Of a stretch of 64,000 nucleotides of DNA, positions 10,986 to 25,320 are shown piece by piece. The stretch lies in NCBI RefSeq assembly GCF_009914755.1, contig NC_060933.1; one strand, written 5' to 3'. Every line of letters begins with the position of its first letter. The stretch's first letter is position 1. The notes beneath the pieces were generated by a model. It was not told where the DNA came from, did not search any database, and saw only the letters and a list, made by a program, of their open reading frames with translations. The DNA comes from the human T2T-CHM13v2.0 reference genome, Homo sapiens. A program made the position numbers and the translations under genes.

Positions 10986-13900
10986 AGATTACAGCAACTC
11001 ATAACAGAACAACCCTGTTACAAAGAAGGAGAAAACAACAGCTAATTTCTCTGCCTGCAACACCCTGGCTAACCAGAGGTCCTGAGTCTGTCCATGTGAC
11101 AACTTCACTGCTAGCATAACCAGTATTTGAGAAAACCTGTGTGCTAAACAAAACTACAACCAAGGACTTCCACAGAGTCCACTTCACTCCCCTGCCACCT
11201 CCACCAGAACAGGTGCTGGTATCCATGACTGAAAGACTTGAAGATGAATCACATCACAGGACTCTGCTGACATTCCCCAGCACCAGCCTGGAGCCCAGTA
11301 GCCCTGGTAGGTGGCTAGACCCAGAAGGGCAATAACAGTCACTGCAATCTGGCTCTCATGAAGCCCTATCCCTAGAGAAGTGGGGAGGGCACCACATCAA
11401 GGGATCACCCCATGGGACAAAATAATCTGAACAGCAATGCTTGGGTTTCAGATCTTTCCACTGAAACAATCTACCCAAACGAGAAGGAACTGGAAAAGTA
11501 ATTCTAGTAATATAACAAAACAAGGTTCTATAACACCCCCAAAAGAGCACACTAGCTCTCCAGCAATAACTCCAAACCAAGAAGAAATCTCCAAATTGCC
11601 AAATAAACAATTCAGAAGGTTGATTATTAAGCTACTCAAGGCACCAGAGAAAGGTGAAAATCAACTTAAATAAATTTTAAAAAAACAGGATATAAATGAA
11701 AAAGTCTCCAGAGAAATACACATTATAAAGAAAAGACAATCACTTCTGAAAAAGAAAGACACACTTAGAGAAATGCAAAATACACTGGAAACTTTCAACA
11801 ATATAACTGAACAAGTAGAAGAAAGAATTTCAGAGCTTGAAAGCAAGGCTTTTGAATTAACCCAATCTGACAAAGACAAGGAAAAAAGAATTTTAAAAAA
11901 TGAACAAAGCCTCCAAGAAAGTTGAGATTATATTAAGCAACCAAACATAAGAATAATTTGTGTTCCTGAGCAAGAAGAGAAATCTGAAAGTTTGGCAAAC
12001 TTCTTTGAAGGAATAATTGAAGAAAACTTCCCTGGTCTCGCTAGAGATTTAGACATCCAAATACAAGAAGCTGAAAGAGCACCCAGGAAACTCATCACAA
12101 AAAGATCATTACATAGGCACATAGTCATCAGGTTACTTAAAGTCAAGATGAAGGAAAGAATCTTAAGAGCTGTGAGGTAAAAGCATCAGGTAACCTATAA
12201 AGGAAAACATATCATATTAATAGCAAATGTCTCAGCAGAAACCCTGCAAGCCAGAAGAGACTGGGGTCTTATCTTTAGCCTCCTTAAGTAAAATAATTAT
12301 CAGCCAAGAATTTTGTATCCAGCAAAACTAAGCTTCATAAATGAAGGAGAGATAAAGTCTTTTTCAGACAAACAAATCCTGAGAGAATTCACCACTACAA
12401 AGCCAACACTACAAGAAATGCTAAAAGGAGTCCTAAATATTGAAACAAAACCTTAAAATACACCTAAGCAGAAACCCCTTAAAGCATAAATGTCACAGGA
12501 CTTATAAAACAATTACACAGTGAAAGAAAAAAAAAACAACAAGATATTCAGGCAGCAACTAACAGGATGAATGTAACAATACCTCGCATCTCAATATTAA
12601 TGTTGAATGTAAAATGGCCTAAATATTCCACTTAAAAGATACAGAATGGCAGAATGGATTAAAAAAAAAAAACACTAACCAAATATTCGCTGTCTTCAAA
12701 AGACTCACCCTAACACATAAGAACTCACATAAACTTAAGGTAAAGGGGTGGAAAAAATATCCCATGCAAATGAAAACCAAAAGTGAGCAGGAATAGCTAT
12801 TATTATATCAGACAAAACAAACTTTAAAGCAATAACAGTTAAAAAAGACAAAGAGGGACATTATATAATGATAAAAATATTTGTACAACAGGAAAATATC
12901 ACAATCCAAATATATATGCACCCAACACTGGAGCTTCCAAATCCGTAAACCAATTACTATTAGACCTAAGAAATGAGATAGATGGCAACACAATAATAGT
13001 GGGGGACTTCAATACTCCACTGACAGCACTATACAGGCCAAGACAGAAAGTCAACAGAGAAACAATGACCTTAAACTATACCTTACAATAAATGCACTTA
13101 ACAGATATTTACAGAACATTCTACTTAACAATTGCAGAATATACATTCTTCTCCTCAGCACATGGAACATTCTACAACATAGACTATATGACAGGCCACA
13201 AAACAAGTCTCAATAAATTTAAGAAAATTAAAATTATATCAAGTACTGTCACAGACCACAGTGGAATAAAATTGAAAATTAACTCCAAAAGGGCCCCTCA
13301 AAACCATACAAATACATGGAAATTAAATAATCTTCTCCTGAGTGATCCTTAAGTCCACAATAAAATCAAGATGGAAATTAAAAAATTCTTTGAAATAAAT
13401 AATTCTGAAAAAACCTTTCAAAACCTCTATGATACAGCAAAAGCAGTGCTGAGAGGAAAGTTCACAGCATTAAATGCCTACATCAAAAAGTCTGAAAGAA
13501 CACAAATAAACAAGATCACACCTCAAGGAACTAGAGAAACAAGAACAAACCAAACTCAAACCTAGTAGAATAAAAGAAATAACAAAGATCAGAGTAGAAT
13601 TAAATGAAATTGAAACAAACAAACAAACAAAACACAGAAGATTAATGAAACAAAAAGCTGGCTCTTTGAAAAGATAAACAAAATTCATAGACCATTAGGA
13701 AGAGTAACCAAGCAAAGAAGAGAGAAGATTCAAATGTGCCCAATTACGAATGAAACTGGATATGTTACAACCAATACGACAGAAATACGGAAGATCATTC
13801 AAGGCTAGTATGAACACCTTTATGCACACAAACTAGAAAACCTAGAGAAGAAGGATAAATTCCTGGAAATATACAACCCTCCCAGATTAAATCAGGAAGA

Positions 13901-16605
13901 AAGAGAAACAATAACAAGTAGTGAGATTAAAAGAGTAATTTTAAAATTGCCAACAAAAAAGAGTCCTGGACAAGATGAATTCAGAGCTAAATTCTATCAG
14001 ATATTCAAAGAAGAATTGGTACCAATCCTACTGAAACTATTCCAAATGATAAAGAGGGAATCCTCCCTAAATCATTCTGTGAAGCCAATATTACACTAAT
14101 ACAAAACCAGGAAAGGACATAACAACAACAACAAGAAAATACAGACCAATATCCCTGATGAACGTAGATGCAATGGTCCTCAACAAAATACTAGCTAACC
14201 AAATCCAACAGCATATCAAAAAAATAATACGCCATGATCAAGTGGGTTTTATACCAGGGATGCAGGGTTAGATTAACATACACAAGTCAATAAATGTGAT
14301 ATGCCACATAAACAGGTTTTTTTTAAAAATCAAGTGATCATCTCAATAGATGCAGAAAACATTTGACAAAATCCAGTATCACTTTTTGCTTAAAACCCTC
14401 AGCAAAACTGGCATAGAAGGGACATACCTTAAAGTAATAAAAACCATCTATGTCAAACCCACAGCCAACATTAATATACTGAACAGGGAAAAGTTGAAAG
14501 CACTTCCGCTGAGAACTGGAACAAAAGAAGGATATGCACTTTCACCACTTCTATTCTACATAGTATTGGAAGTTCTAGCCAGAGCAGACAACAGAAAGAA
14601 ATAAAGGGCATACAAAACAGTAAGGAGGAAGTCAAACTGTCGCTGTTTGCTGATATGATCATATACCTAGAAAACCCTAAAGACTCATCCAAAAAACCCC
14701 TAGATCTGATAAAAGAATTCAGTAAAGTCTCTGGATACAAAATCAATGTACATAAATCAGTAGCACTGTTATACACCAACAGCGACCAAGCTGAGAATCA
14801 AATCAAGAACTGAACCCCCTTTACAATAGCTGCAAAAAAATAAAAACAAAATACCTAGGAATATACCTAACCAAAGAGGTGAAAGATCTCTACAAGGAAA
14901 ACTACAAAACACTGCTGAAAGAATCATAGATGACATAAGCAAATGGAAACACATGCCATGCTCATAGATGGGTAGAATCAATATTGTGAAATTGACCATA
15001 CTGCCAAAAGCAATCTATAAATTCAGTGCAATTCCCAATGAAAATACCATCATCATTCTTCACAAAACTAGAGAAAACAATCCTAAAATTCATATAGAAC
15101 CAAAAAAGAGCCCACATAGCCAAAGCAATACAAAGCAAAAAGAGCAAATCTGGAGGCCTCACATTACCTGACTTCAAATTACACTACAAGTCTGTAGTCA
15201 CCAAAACAGCATGGTATTGGTATAAAAATAGGTGCACAGACCAGTGGAATAAAATAGAGAGCCCAGAAATAAAGTTATATACTTATAGCCAACTGATCTT
15301 CGACAAAGCAAACAAAAATATAAAGTAGGGAAAGGACTTCCTGTTCAACAAATTGTGCTGGAATAATTGGCAAGCCACATGTAGAAGAATTAAATTGGAT
15401 CCTCATCTCTCACCTTATACAAAAATCAACTCAAGGTGGATCCAAGACCTAAAACCACAAAAACTTTAGAAGATAACATTGGAAAAACTCTTCTAATTAG
15501 CTTCCACTTATAAGTGAGAACATACAGCCTTAGGCAAAGAGTTTAGGACCAAGAACCCAAAAGCAAATGCAAGAAAAAGAAGTATAAATGGGTGGGTTTT
15601 AATCAAACTACAAAACTTCTAAACAGCAAAAGAAATAATCAGCAAACAGACAACACACAGAGGGGGAGAATATCTTCACAAACTATGCATCTCACAAGGA
15701 CTAATATCCAGAATCTACAAGGAACTCAAACAAATCAGCAAGGAAAAAACAAATAATCCCATCAAAAAGTGGGCTAAGGACATGAATAGACAATTCTCAA
15801 AAGAAGATATACAAATGGCCAACAGATATATGAAAAAAACACTCAACATCACTAATTATCAGGGAAATGCAAATCAAAACCAACATGCACTACCACCTTC
15901 CTCCTGCAAGAATGGCCATAATCTAAAAATCAAAAAATAATATGCTTGGCATGGATGTGGTTAAAAGGGAACACTTTTACACTGCTAGTGGGAATGTAAA
16001 CTAGTACAATCACTATGGAAATCAGTATGGAGATTCCTTAAAGAACTAAAAGTAGAACTACCATTTGATCCAGCAATCTTACTACTGGGTATCTGCGCAG
16101 AGGAAAAGAAGTCATTATATGAAAAAGACACTTTCACATGCATGTTTATAGCAGCACAATTCACAATTGCAAAAATATGAAACCAACCTAAATGCCCATC
16201 AATCAATGAGTGGATAAAAAAATGCAGCATATATGTACCATGGAATACTACTTGACCATAAAAAGGAACGAAATAATGGCATTCACAGGAACCTGGATGG
16301 AATTGGAGACCATTATTCTAAGCAAAATAACTCAGGAATGGAAAACCAAACATCGTATGTTCTCACTTATAGGTGGAAGCTAAGCTATGAGGACACGAAG
16401 GGGTAAGAATGATACAATGGACTCTGGGGACTTGGGGGGAAGAGTGGGAGGGGGATGAGGGATAAAAGACTACACATTGGGTATGGTGTATACTGATCAG
16501 GAGATGGGTGCCCCAAAATCTCAGAAATCACACCTAAAGAACTTATCCATGTAACCAGGCATCACCTGCTCCCCAAAAACTATTGAAATAAAAATAAAAT
16601 AAAAT
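10986..16605 (+). mobile_element. L1PB-family LINE-1 (~5.6 kb; ORF1 and ORF2 disrupted)
   Basis: ORF1 peptide IIEENFPGLARDLDIQIQEA (11992); ORF2 peptides LTDIYRTF (13092) and [18 protein letters not shown] (14350). 3' end 'aaatctcagaaatcacacctaaagaacttatccatgtaacc...aaaaactattgaaataaaa' is L1PB-type. Confidence 0.92.
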
Positions 16606-17205
16606 AGTTTAATAGTTTCTTTAAAAAGTTAAACAAACACCTATCATGTGATCTAGCTATTCCACTACAGGTATTTACCCAAGAGACAGGAAAACACATG
16701 TCCATACAAAAACTAGAACAGAAATGACCATAGCACCTTTATCTGTAATAGCCAAAAAAGGGAAACAACCTAAATGTCCATCAACAGGCAAATGGATAAA
16801 CAAACTGCGATATACCTGCACAATGAAAAACAACTCAATAATAAGAAGCAATAAACTACTGATACAGCTTACAATGTGAATGAATCTCAAATAAATACAT
16901 CGAGGCAAAAAAGCCAGACATAAAAACAGTGCATTTGTTCTTTATGTCCATTTATATAAAACTTCAGAAAATGCAAACTAATCTCTAGTGACAGAAAGCA
17001 GATGATTGATTGCCTTGGTGGGAGAAGAGGAGCAGGAGGTGGAATTTTGAAGCAGTGTGAGGAAATTTGGGGCTGATAAATATGCTTGCTCTCTTGATCA
17101 TAGTGATGGTTTCATAGTTATATATATATATGCCAAATCTTGTCAAATCATACACTTTAAGTATGTGCAGTTATTATACTAAGTATACCTCAATAAGTCT
17201 TTAAA
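16606..17205 (+). mobile_element. Host L1M segment 3 (3' end, L1MD-like)
   Basis: 'aaaatgcaaactaatctctagtgacagaaagcaga' and 'tacactttaagtatgtgcagtt...tacctcaataa'. Confidence 0.75.
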
Positions 17206-17690
17206 AATGCAATGGCTTGAAACAGCAATTATTTTATTACCTCTCATGATTTTTTGGTTCAGGAATTCAGGCAAAGCTCAGCTGCATGATGTTTCTATTC
17301 CAGCAGCATTGACAGAGGTCAGGCACCCTATTCATTAGCATCTGAGTTTGCCGGAAGCTCCGAGACAGCTCCACTCACATGTTTGGTGACTTTTCAGGGC
17401 GACTAGGAAGCTGGGATCAGTTGGGACTGTTGACCAGAATGACCACATGCAGCCTTTCCAACATGGTGGTATCAGGGTTGTCCAGGTTCTTGCATGGTAA
17501 CTCAGAGCTCCAGAGGCAGTGTTCCAAGGTGCCCATACAGAAGACGCAAGCCTTCTCATGGTCCAGCTTCAGGAATCTCTGGACATCACTTCCACCATAT
17601 ACTATTAGTCAAGCAAGTCACTAAAGCAAGGCCAGATTCATAGAGGAGGAGAATTAGACTCCACTTCTCAGGGTCTAATTTTATCCACTT
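17206..17690 (-). mobile_element. MLT1-type MaLR LTR
   Basis: 'tggcttgaaacagcaattattttattacctctcatgatt...caggaattcaggcaaagctcagctg' and 'tcacttccaccatatactattagtcaagcaagtcac'. Confidence 0.75.
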
Positions 17691-17694
17691 CAAC

Positions 17695-18180
17695 AGCATG
17701 GTAGAGTGGAAAGAACAGGAGTTAGACAAACAGATCAACTAATCCTACATCTGCCACTGCTAGCATTATGGCTTCAGATATATCATCCAATCTTATTCAG
17801 ACTCAGTTTCCTGACATATAAAAAGCGAATAACCAAAAAATACTCATACAACAGTTGTGAGCAGTAAACCCTCAGACACAATCCATTCGTTGCCAAAAAT
17901 AAAACAAGCAATACACTGAGATTTCCTTGGCTAGAGTAGAATAAGTAAAATGAGCATTGACTGACAGTGCTGAACTCAAATTCCAGCTCCTATCATTCTT
18001 GCTGGATGACTTAAGCAAGTCACTTCACTTCACTGAGCCCTGAATTGCTCACCTGTAAAATGGAGTAGAAAATGTCTATTGTTTAGGGTCCATGAGAATT
18101 AGAGATAATACCACAGTAGAGTGCCATGATGCAAGAAGCAGTTTTTAAAGTCATGTGATCAAAGCACTTACTGAGCTCAG
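17695..18180 (+). mobile_element. Two MIR SINE relics
   Basis: Cores 'ctcagtttcctgacatataaaa' (~17802) and 'aagtcacttcacttcactgagccctgaattgctcacctgtaaaatgga' (~18017). Confidence 0.7.
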
Positions 18181-18831
18181 GAAAGTTAATTCCCTCTCCC
18201 TGTTCCTTCTCTTCATCAGCCTTCCGTCTTGGACTCATGGGTGATTCCAGTGCTCTGTAGAGATAAGCAAGAGTACTGATAAGTTTTGGGGAAGCAAAAC
18301 TTATCTCTCTTATCAGAGAGAGAAGTTTAGAGGCCCAGGCATGAGAGCAAAGCATCAAGGGTGAATGCTATTGAGCTCATTATTTGGCATTAGGAGTCAA
18401 AGTATAAATGCAGATCTTTTTCTTTTTCTGCAAGTGATTCTGTGTTGTTTGCACACGGGGCAATTAAAGTTCAATACCTGTGCATCCTTTCTGTCCTTGC
18501 TAGTACATTTTGTACTTTACCATTGTCAGTGTTTGATTGTGTTATGATTTTTGTCAAGCATAAAGCTAGTAGAACAATGTTGGAACCCATAGTTGCTCAA
18601 TATTAGGTTCCCCTAGCACCGCACAGGGAACTAGGTGCACGGCGGGACTTGAGGGTAAGAGATGTAACAGGGAGGGAAATTGATGTTTATTTATTGCCTA
18701 TGATGTGTTAGACACTGTAGCAAGTATTATCCATTGATTTACTCTTCCAAATCTTCAAAGTAGAGCTGACAAAATTACTAACAAACAGGTAATTTTACTA
18801 TGTGCCACACACTGCTGTTAAGTGCCTTAAC

Positions 18832-19330
18832 TTGTTTAGAGTAAATATCTTAATTTGAATTCTCCTCAAATCAGCCCCTGAGACAAGGATTTTGCATGCA
18901 GGGAGTTGATGTAGGGAAGTGAGTATGGACTAATGAATGAGGGTGCAATATCAGTAAGATACGAAGGGAGAAAGCACGATAATGGTAACGTCACAGCTGT
19001 GGGCAAATGGGCCCAATCCTACTGGGGACCCTCAGGGGAACCTGGTAAGATGCTTTTCAGAACTGTTCCACTAGAGGGTGGGGAAGCTAGAATATTTACC
19101 CAGGACTCCCATCCCCATTGCTTCAGGGTTGCCACCAGGGGCACCAACTCCAGCATCCAGGCCGTGCCTGTGCAGTGAAGCAAGTTTCTTGGTGCCAGGA
19201 AAAAGCCATCAGGCTTCTAGAGAAGACAATTTAGCTGTGTGGGATAGGAAGCTGTCAACACTAGCAGCTCACCTGCAAGTAAATTCAGGTGGGCCAGACC
19301 CATCTAGGTCTGAATATCAATTCTGCTACA
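18832..19330 (-). mobile_element. Old ERVL-type LTR (LTR33/LTR16-like), tentative
   Basis: 'cagcccctgagacaaggattttgcatgcagggagtt' and the terminal 'ctgctaca'; it splits a MIR relic. Confidence 0.55.
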
Positions 19331-19767
19331 CATTATCCCCTTCATTTGACCAGAGAACAGAGGCATAGAGAGTTGAGGGAACTTGCTGAAGATCTCATAG
19401 CTTAAAAACTGGCAGAGCTGGGATTTCTACTCAACATCCTTACTCCACATTTTAACTATTTTACCTCTTAGATAAGGATGATCGAACATGTTAAGTAACA
19501 GATCCAAGGTCACACAGCCATTAATGCAATTCATACATGACAAACTTGTGTTTGAAACCATGATTACGGAGCCAAACGCCTGAACTCTGCCACATAACCT
19601 GCTATCTCCCAAGCACATAGCTCTAAAGATTAACTTTATCACATCCAGTAGCTCCCTTTACTCGGAAGCAGCTTTCTCTTAAAGCCCATTGGCTCTAGCA
19701 AAATTCCCATTTGCAATGGACAATGCCCCATATTTACTTGTATAGCCTAGGCACTTTCTCTGTGCTT
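19318..19767 (+). repeat. Inverted duplication, left arm (450 bp; two MIR relics plus unique DNA)
   Basis: Reverse complement of 20845-21294 with ~14 substitutions by manual count and no indels seen. The ORFs at 19427-19642(-) and 20970-21185(+) are near-identical. Confidence 0.95.
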
Positions 19768-20844
19768 CTTTATGGTCTGAGAGCTCTAATAGCTGAAACA
19801 CAATACCATCTACTTACAGTAAACACATAACCCCTCTTTACTATTGACAATCTCTGCTGTTGGCTTTCTCTTTGAGTGGCTACCTTAATAAACAAGCAAT
19901 TACTGGGAAATGAGAAGATAAACAATGTATTTCTTTGGAAGACTAATAAATCTTTGGCTCCAGTTTCTCAACTTTTTATTCTACTTTATTACTCCCATTG
20001 GCTAAGTCCATATCTTACCATGCAAGGGAACCAATTGATCAATTAGAGAATCGGTGGCCCTGTTTGAACATTCTGCATTAAACAGAAACTAATTGCCTGA
20101 TTCCAGATGCTTTTTAAAACACATCTCAGCAATCAATAGGTCTGTGACTATGTTTGGAATAGAAGAGCATCTTCGGGTGGGTCAGATGAAGCCCTCCATG
20201 TCCCAGGCATGGTAGCCCAGGTTCCTCCTGCCTTGTCCAGGGGAAGTTCTGCTTCTTCATTAGTGCTTTCTTTCCAAGGTTTCCTTGCTGACCATGCACC
20301 CAATTAATGCTTCTCACCTGACACCCTAATGCCTAGATGGATCACAGGAGTCTAAGGAGCCTCCCAGGCTTGCGGAGTCAGTAAGAAGGAGATGGAAGAG
20401 CAATGAGACATCTGGGGCACTTTGCACTTGAGCAAAGGCTGAAAACAGAATAATGTAAGCAGAGCCGGGGGGTTTCTCCATCCAAGAGAAAGCAGCAATC
20501 AATAACTGATGATGCTTTCACGAAGCATGATGAAGCGTTGTCCAGAAATGCTTTGAGCAGGCCTCCAGAGCACACACAGAAGGCCTATTGCCTTCTGCAG
20601 CTCTCACCCTGGAGTCACCCTGCTTTAATGGAATTCTCATTTTCTAAGGATGCTAATGTCTGGAATATCCTAGTGGCTTTTTCCCTGACTGAAACTCCAT
20701 AGGGGATATCCACCAGAGACAGGGAGTCTGCATAAATGCAAAGGTTCTGTTTTTCTTTCTTTCCAGTGTCCTGCATAAATCCATGGAAAGTGCCTGGGTT
20801 TGCTGGGGTTTATTCTGCCTGCCATCCAGACCATCTCTCTGCCT

Positions 20845-21294
20845 AAGCACAGAGAAAGTGCCTAGGCTGTACAAGTAAATATGGGGCGTTGTCCATTGCA
20901 AACAGGAATTTTGCTAGAGCCAATGGGCTTTAAGAGAAAGCTGCTTCTGAGTAAAGGGAGCTACTGGATGTGATAAAGTTAACCTTTAGAGCTATGTGCT
21001 TGGGAGATAGCAGGTTACCTGGCAGAGTTCAGGCATTTGGCTCCGTAATCATAGTTTCAAACACAAGTTTGTCATGTATGAATTGCATTAACAGCTGTGT
21101 GACCTTGGATCTGTTACTTAACATGTTCGATCATCCTTATCTAAGAGGCAAAATAGTTAAAATGTGGAGTAAGGATGTTGAGTAGAAATCCCAGCTCTGC
21201 CAGTTTTTAAGCTATGAGATCTTCAGCAAGTTCCCTCAACTCTCTATGCCTCTGTTCTCTGGTCAAATGAAGGGAATAATGTGTAGCAGAATTG
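20845..21294 (-). repeat. Inverted duplication, right arm (450 bp)
   Basis: AAGCACAGAGAAAGTGCCTAGG...GTGTAGCAGAATTG is the reverse complement of the left arm. Confidence 0.95.
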
Positions 21295-22794
21295 TAGCTA
21301 TCTCCCCAGAAAAGTGTGTCCTGCACCCTGTGTGCCCATGTGCTCAGGAATCAGCTTGAAGGGTGAATAAATGAGTTTTTTCTTTGAAACTCAAAGCAAA
21401 GGATGGGACCATCTTGCCTTGCTTAAACTACCTTAAAAAGAAGAAGAGACAAGATTTCCCTCCAAGGAGTCATAGCTGTGGTTCCACAGAGTCTGAGTGG
21501 GATTGGCCAAATGTTTCAATGACTAGACACTCCCATCTTTTAAAACCCAAATGCTTATTTCCATGCACGTGCTCTGAGTAATAAAGTCTGAAAGACAAAT
21601 TGAAATAAAAACATATCTGTAAGCAGTTTATCATGGTAAATTGAAGGCTTTTCAACTCTTTCCATAAAAGAGCCATCCCCTATGGAAAAGCAGGCAGGAC
21701 AGTCACTTAATGACATCTTGCAGTCTGACGCCTCTTTGTACCATGGTTTATTTTGGGAGGTCCATAGAAGCCACATTTTATTACAAAGAATGAAAATCTC
21801 TCTGTTCTCCAGAGAAACAACTTGTTTTCTTTGGTCTCAGCAGGTCTTCCTTCTCAGGCTCCTCTAAGCAGACATAAGAATTCCATTAGCTACCATTTAT
21901 TGTCAAGAAGCACCAGGGAGGTTTTCTAAACATGACTGCATTTAATCATCCCAACAATTCTCTGAAGCAGGTATTATCAACTGCAATCAAAAGATGAACA
22001 GAATTTCTAACCCAAGTTGATATGACTCCAAACACCATGGTGTGACCACCTGCTGTATTGCAGCCACCACTAGGATTTCCAAGACAAGAGCCCATGCTAA
22101 GATGCAAAATAAAGACACTGCACCATTTGCTACCCTGTGCCCAAGACCATTCCTCCTGAGACAGTGCCTGCCACCAGACAGCAAGCGTGAGTTCCATCTC
22201 TTGAAACCAATTATTGGAGCATGTGCTCACATTGACCACAGATGAATTCCTCAGAGGTCTTGCCATCTCGAGACAGGTCTGGCTGCGTGGTTCACATGTT
22301 TCCTTCCTAACTCCCTGATCCAGAGCAGATGCTCAGTGCTTCTTGGCAGGCTGGTGACTCTAGGTCCTCCCTTCAGGGATCATAGGTCCTGTTAATAATG
22401 AGAAAAATTAGCTCCCAGTCCTCCCCAGCTTTCTTCAAAACTTGGGGACATGTTCACTTAATAAACACCCTCTAAAATAAAAATTCCATTTGTTTTGTGA
22501 AGCATAACAATAGTTCCACTGGAAAATGTCCTCTCTTTAATATGTATCTAAGAGACATGAGGCAAGGCACACCCTAGCCCAGGCTTATCAGAATGAAGAA
22601 GGTCAGAATTAATCATTCTTTTGTTAATTCAAGAATGTCTTTTGATTTCAAGCCTATAGATTTGAAAACAAAAAAATAGAACAAAGCAGCAAGTATTTAT
22701 TGGGGCCTAACATTGATTCGCCACAGTTGTAGCCATTCTGAGTTCTAAACAAGGCTAACAAAATTAAAATGAAAACAAACAATACAAAATAGTA

Positions 22795-22858
22795 TTTAAT
22801 TTAGTGTACAAATTTAGTGTACAAAATTTAATTTAGTATACAAAATTGTATTTAATTG
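22795..22858. repeat. Short imperfect AT-rich tandem repeat (AATTTAGTGTACA units)
   Basis: About three copies directly visible. Confidence 0.75.
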
Positions 22859-23583
22859 TGTTATGCTGCTGTAAATGCATAGAATAAGGCCAATGAGGAC
22901 AGCAAAGTTCAGGGACCTCAAAAGACAAACATGATTTGTCTGGCACACTGACCAGAGAACACCAAGAAATTCTGTACACAAATATCAGCACCCTTCATCC
23001 CCATTCTTGATACATAGAATATACCCAAAATATCAATAATGTAAATATTATCCTGTAAATGCTATTAATACAGAAGGCAGTTCCTGTAGAGATTATCTTA
23101 AAAACTTTTACTTAATTAACTTTAAAAGGGAAAATAAAGAGTCAGTAATAGGAATTCAAACTGAACTCCTATTCTTGACAATATCAGAAGTGATGAATGT
23201 CATGTTGTAAAAAGTTTGTACAGAATTACCTAGAAAGCTCTAGACAACCTGGCTGACAATTATGCCATAGTACACATATTTACTTTTGTTTCCAGAGCTA
23301 GAATTAACACTTGGAAGGGACCTGATTTGTATGCAGTGTTATGACCAACACTGACTTACTAGTTATGTAGGAAAATTAGAGAGAGAAAAATCAAATATTT
23401 TATTTAAACTTCACACAAGTAAGAACTAGAACACTTCAGGAGCCTGGGGTATTTTTTTTAATTAAGCTTGATAATAAATATAGAGACCTAGAGTAATGTC
23501 TAAAGGGAAATGTGATCTCTCAGTTGAAAGGAACTTTGAAAGAAATCGACTTTACAGAGGCAGGAATAGAAATAGAAACCTGA

Positions 23584-23941
<358 letters not shown>

Positions 23942-24754
23942 CTATGCATCACTCAACTGAGGAACCAATCCTAGAGGCTGAATTCACTTTTCCCTTTCAG
24001 ATAAAGACTGAAGTTCTTCTAGGTTGAAAACACAAAGATAAAAAGTTTTTCATGCTAAAGCAATGGCAAGAAAAATAAAATAGCATTTGTTAACTTTCCT
24101 GCCTCACTTGTAAATCTTAAATTTAATGTAAATCCCTTATTCCATTGTTTCTGCCCTCTTTCTCGACCTTAGTTTATGCATGCAATTAATATTTACTGAA
24201 CAGTTACTATGTGCTAAGCAACAGGCCAGGAGTTAGGGATGCAGCAGTGGACACGGCAATGGTGGCCAGGGCTCATGTTGTGGCCTGGGTCAGTGATCCA
24301 AAGGAAACTCAGGTTCTGGTGGCATCACAAGCCGGACTAACGGTGCCTGTTAGCTCATTCGCAACCATCTGTGGGAAGAGCAGCTGAGGTTCTAGCTTGA
24401 GTCTCAGCGTTGACCACAAATTTCAGGCATGTCTGCTATTTCTGATGAGGCTCTGGGTGGACCTCTCAGGAACCTATTCACAGAAAGGATTGAAGAGCTG
24501 CTAGGAAAGAACTCATGGTAAAGGAAAAGACAGTCAGGTAGATAAGTATGGCAAGAATTAATTCTCCTTCATAAGCTCACGTTTGCAGGAAAAGTCATAT
24601 TATTAGATCAAAAGTAAAATCCTATCAATCTGACTCAGGACCTCTATCTTGCAGGGCTGGTGAGAAAATCTACTAAATTATAATGTGGCTCTCTCCATCC
24701 CAGGGTCGTGTGGAAGTCCTAGGGTTTTTGAAGAGAACAGAAAATTCAGAGAGG

Positions 24755-25320
24755 TTATTCCATCTATTATTTCTGTGTAACAAATTATCCCAAAACCATA
24801 ACGGCTTAAAACAACCCTTTTCTTTTGCTCATGGTTTTGTGATTCAGGAATTTGGCGATGGCTGGATTGGATGATTCTTGCTTCAGTCTCTCACGTGGCT
24901 GCAGTCAGATGTTGACTTGGGCTTCAGGCAGCCAAAGACTCTACTGGGTGGGATGCCCAAGATGCATCAGCACATGGTGGGCTGGTGAGGCTAGATGTTT
25001 GCTGGGAGCTCAGCTGGGGCTCTCGACCTTCAACAACTACATGTGCCTTTTCCAGGATGGCAGTCTCAGGATGACTGGACTTCCAACAAGTGGCTTCCCA
25101 CCGATTGTGTGTCTCAAGAGAACCGGGCAGAAGTTGCATGGCCCTAACCCTGAATGTCATGCAGCATCTTACGCCACATTTTGTTGGTTTCAAGAGTTAT
25201 ATAGCCAGCCAGGATTCAAGGGCAGGGAAAATAGATCTCATATTTTGATGGGAGAGGCAAGGTTGTATTGTAAAACAGCTTTCAAGACAGGAGATACCAT
25301 GGCCATCTTTGGAACCTGCC
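24755..25320 (-). mobile_element. MLT1-type MaLR LTR
   Basis: 'tgtgtaacaaattatcccaaaaccataacggcttaaaacaacc' ... 'ggccatctttgg'. Confidence 0.8.

Noticed and set aside
19427-21185. Two near-identical 71-aa ORFs (19427-19642 minus, 20970-21185 plus) as a duplicated gene
   Set aside because: They start at GTG, lie in MIR-derived sequence and show no recognizable protein similarity. They are a by-product of the inverted duplication.
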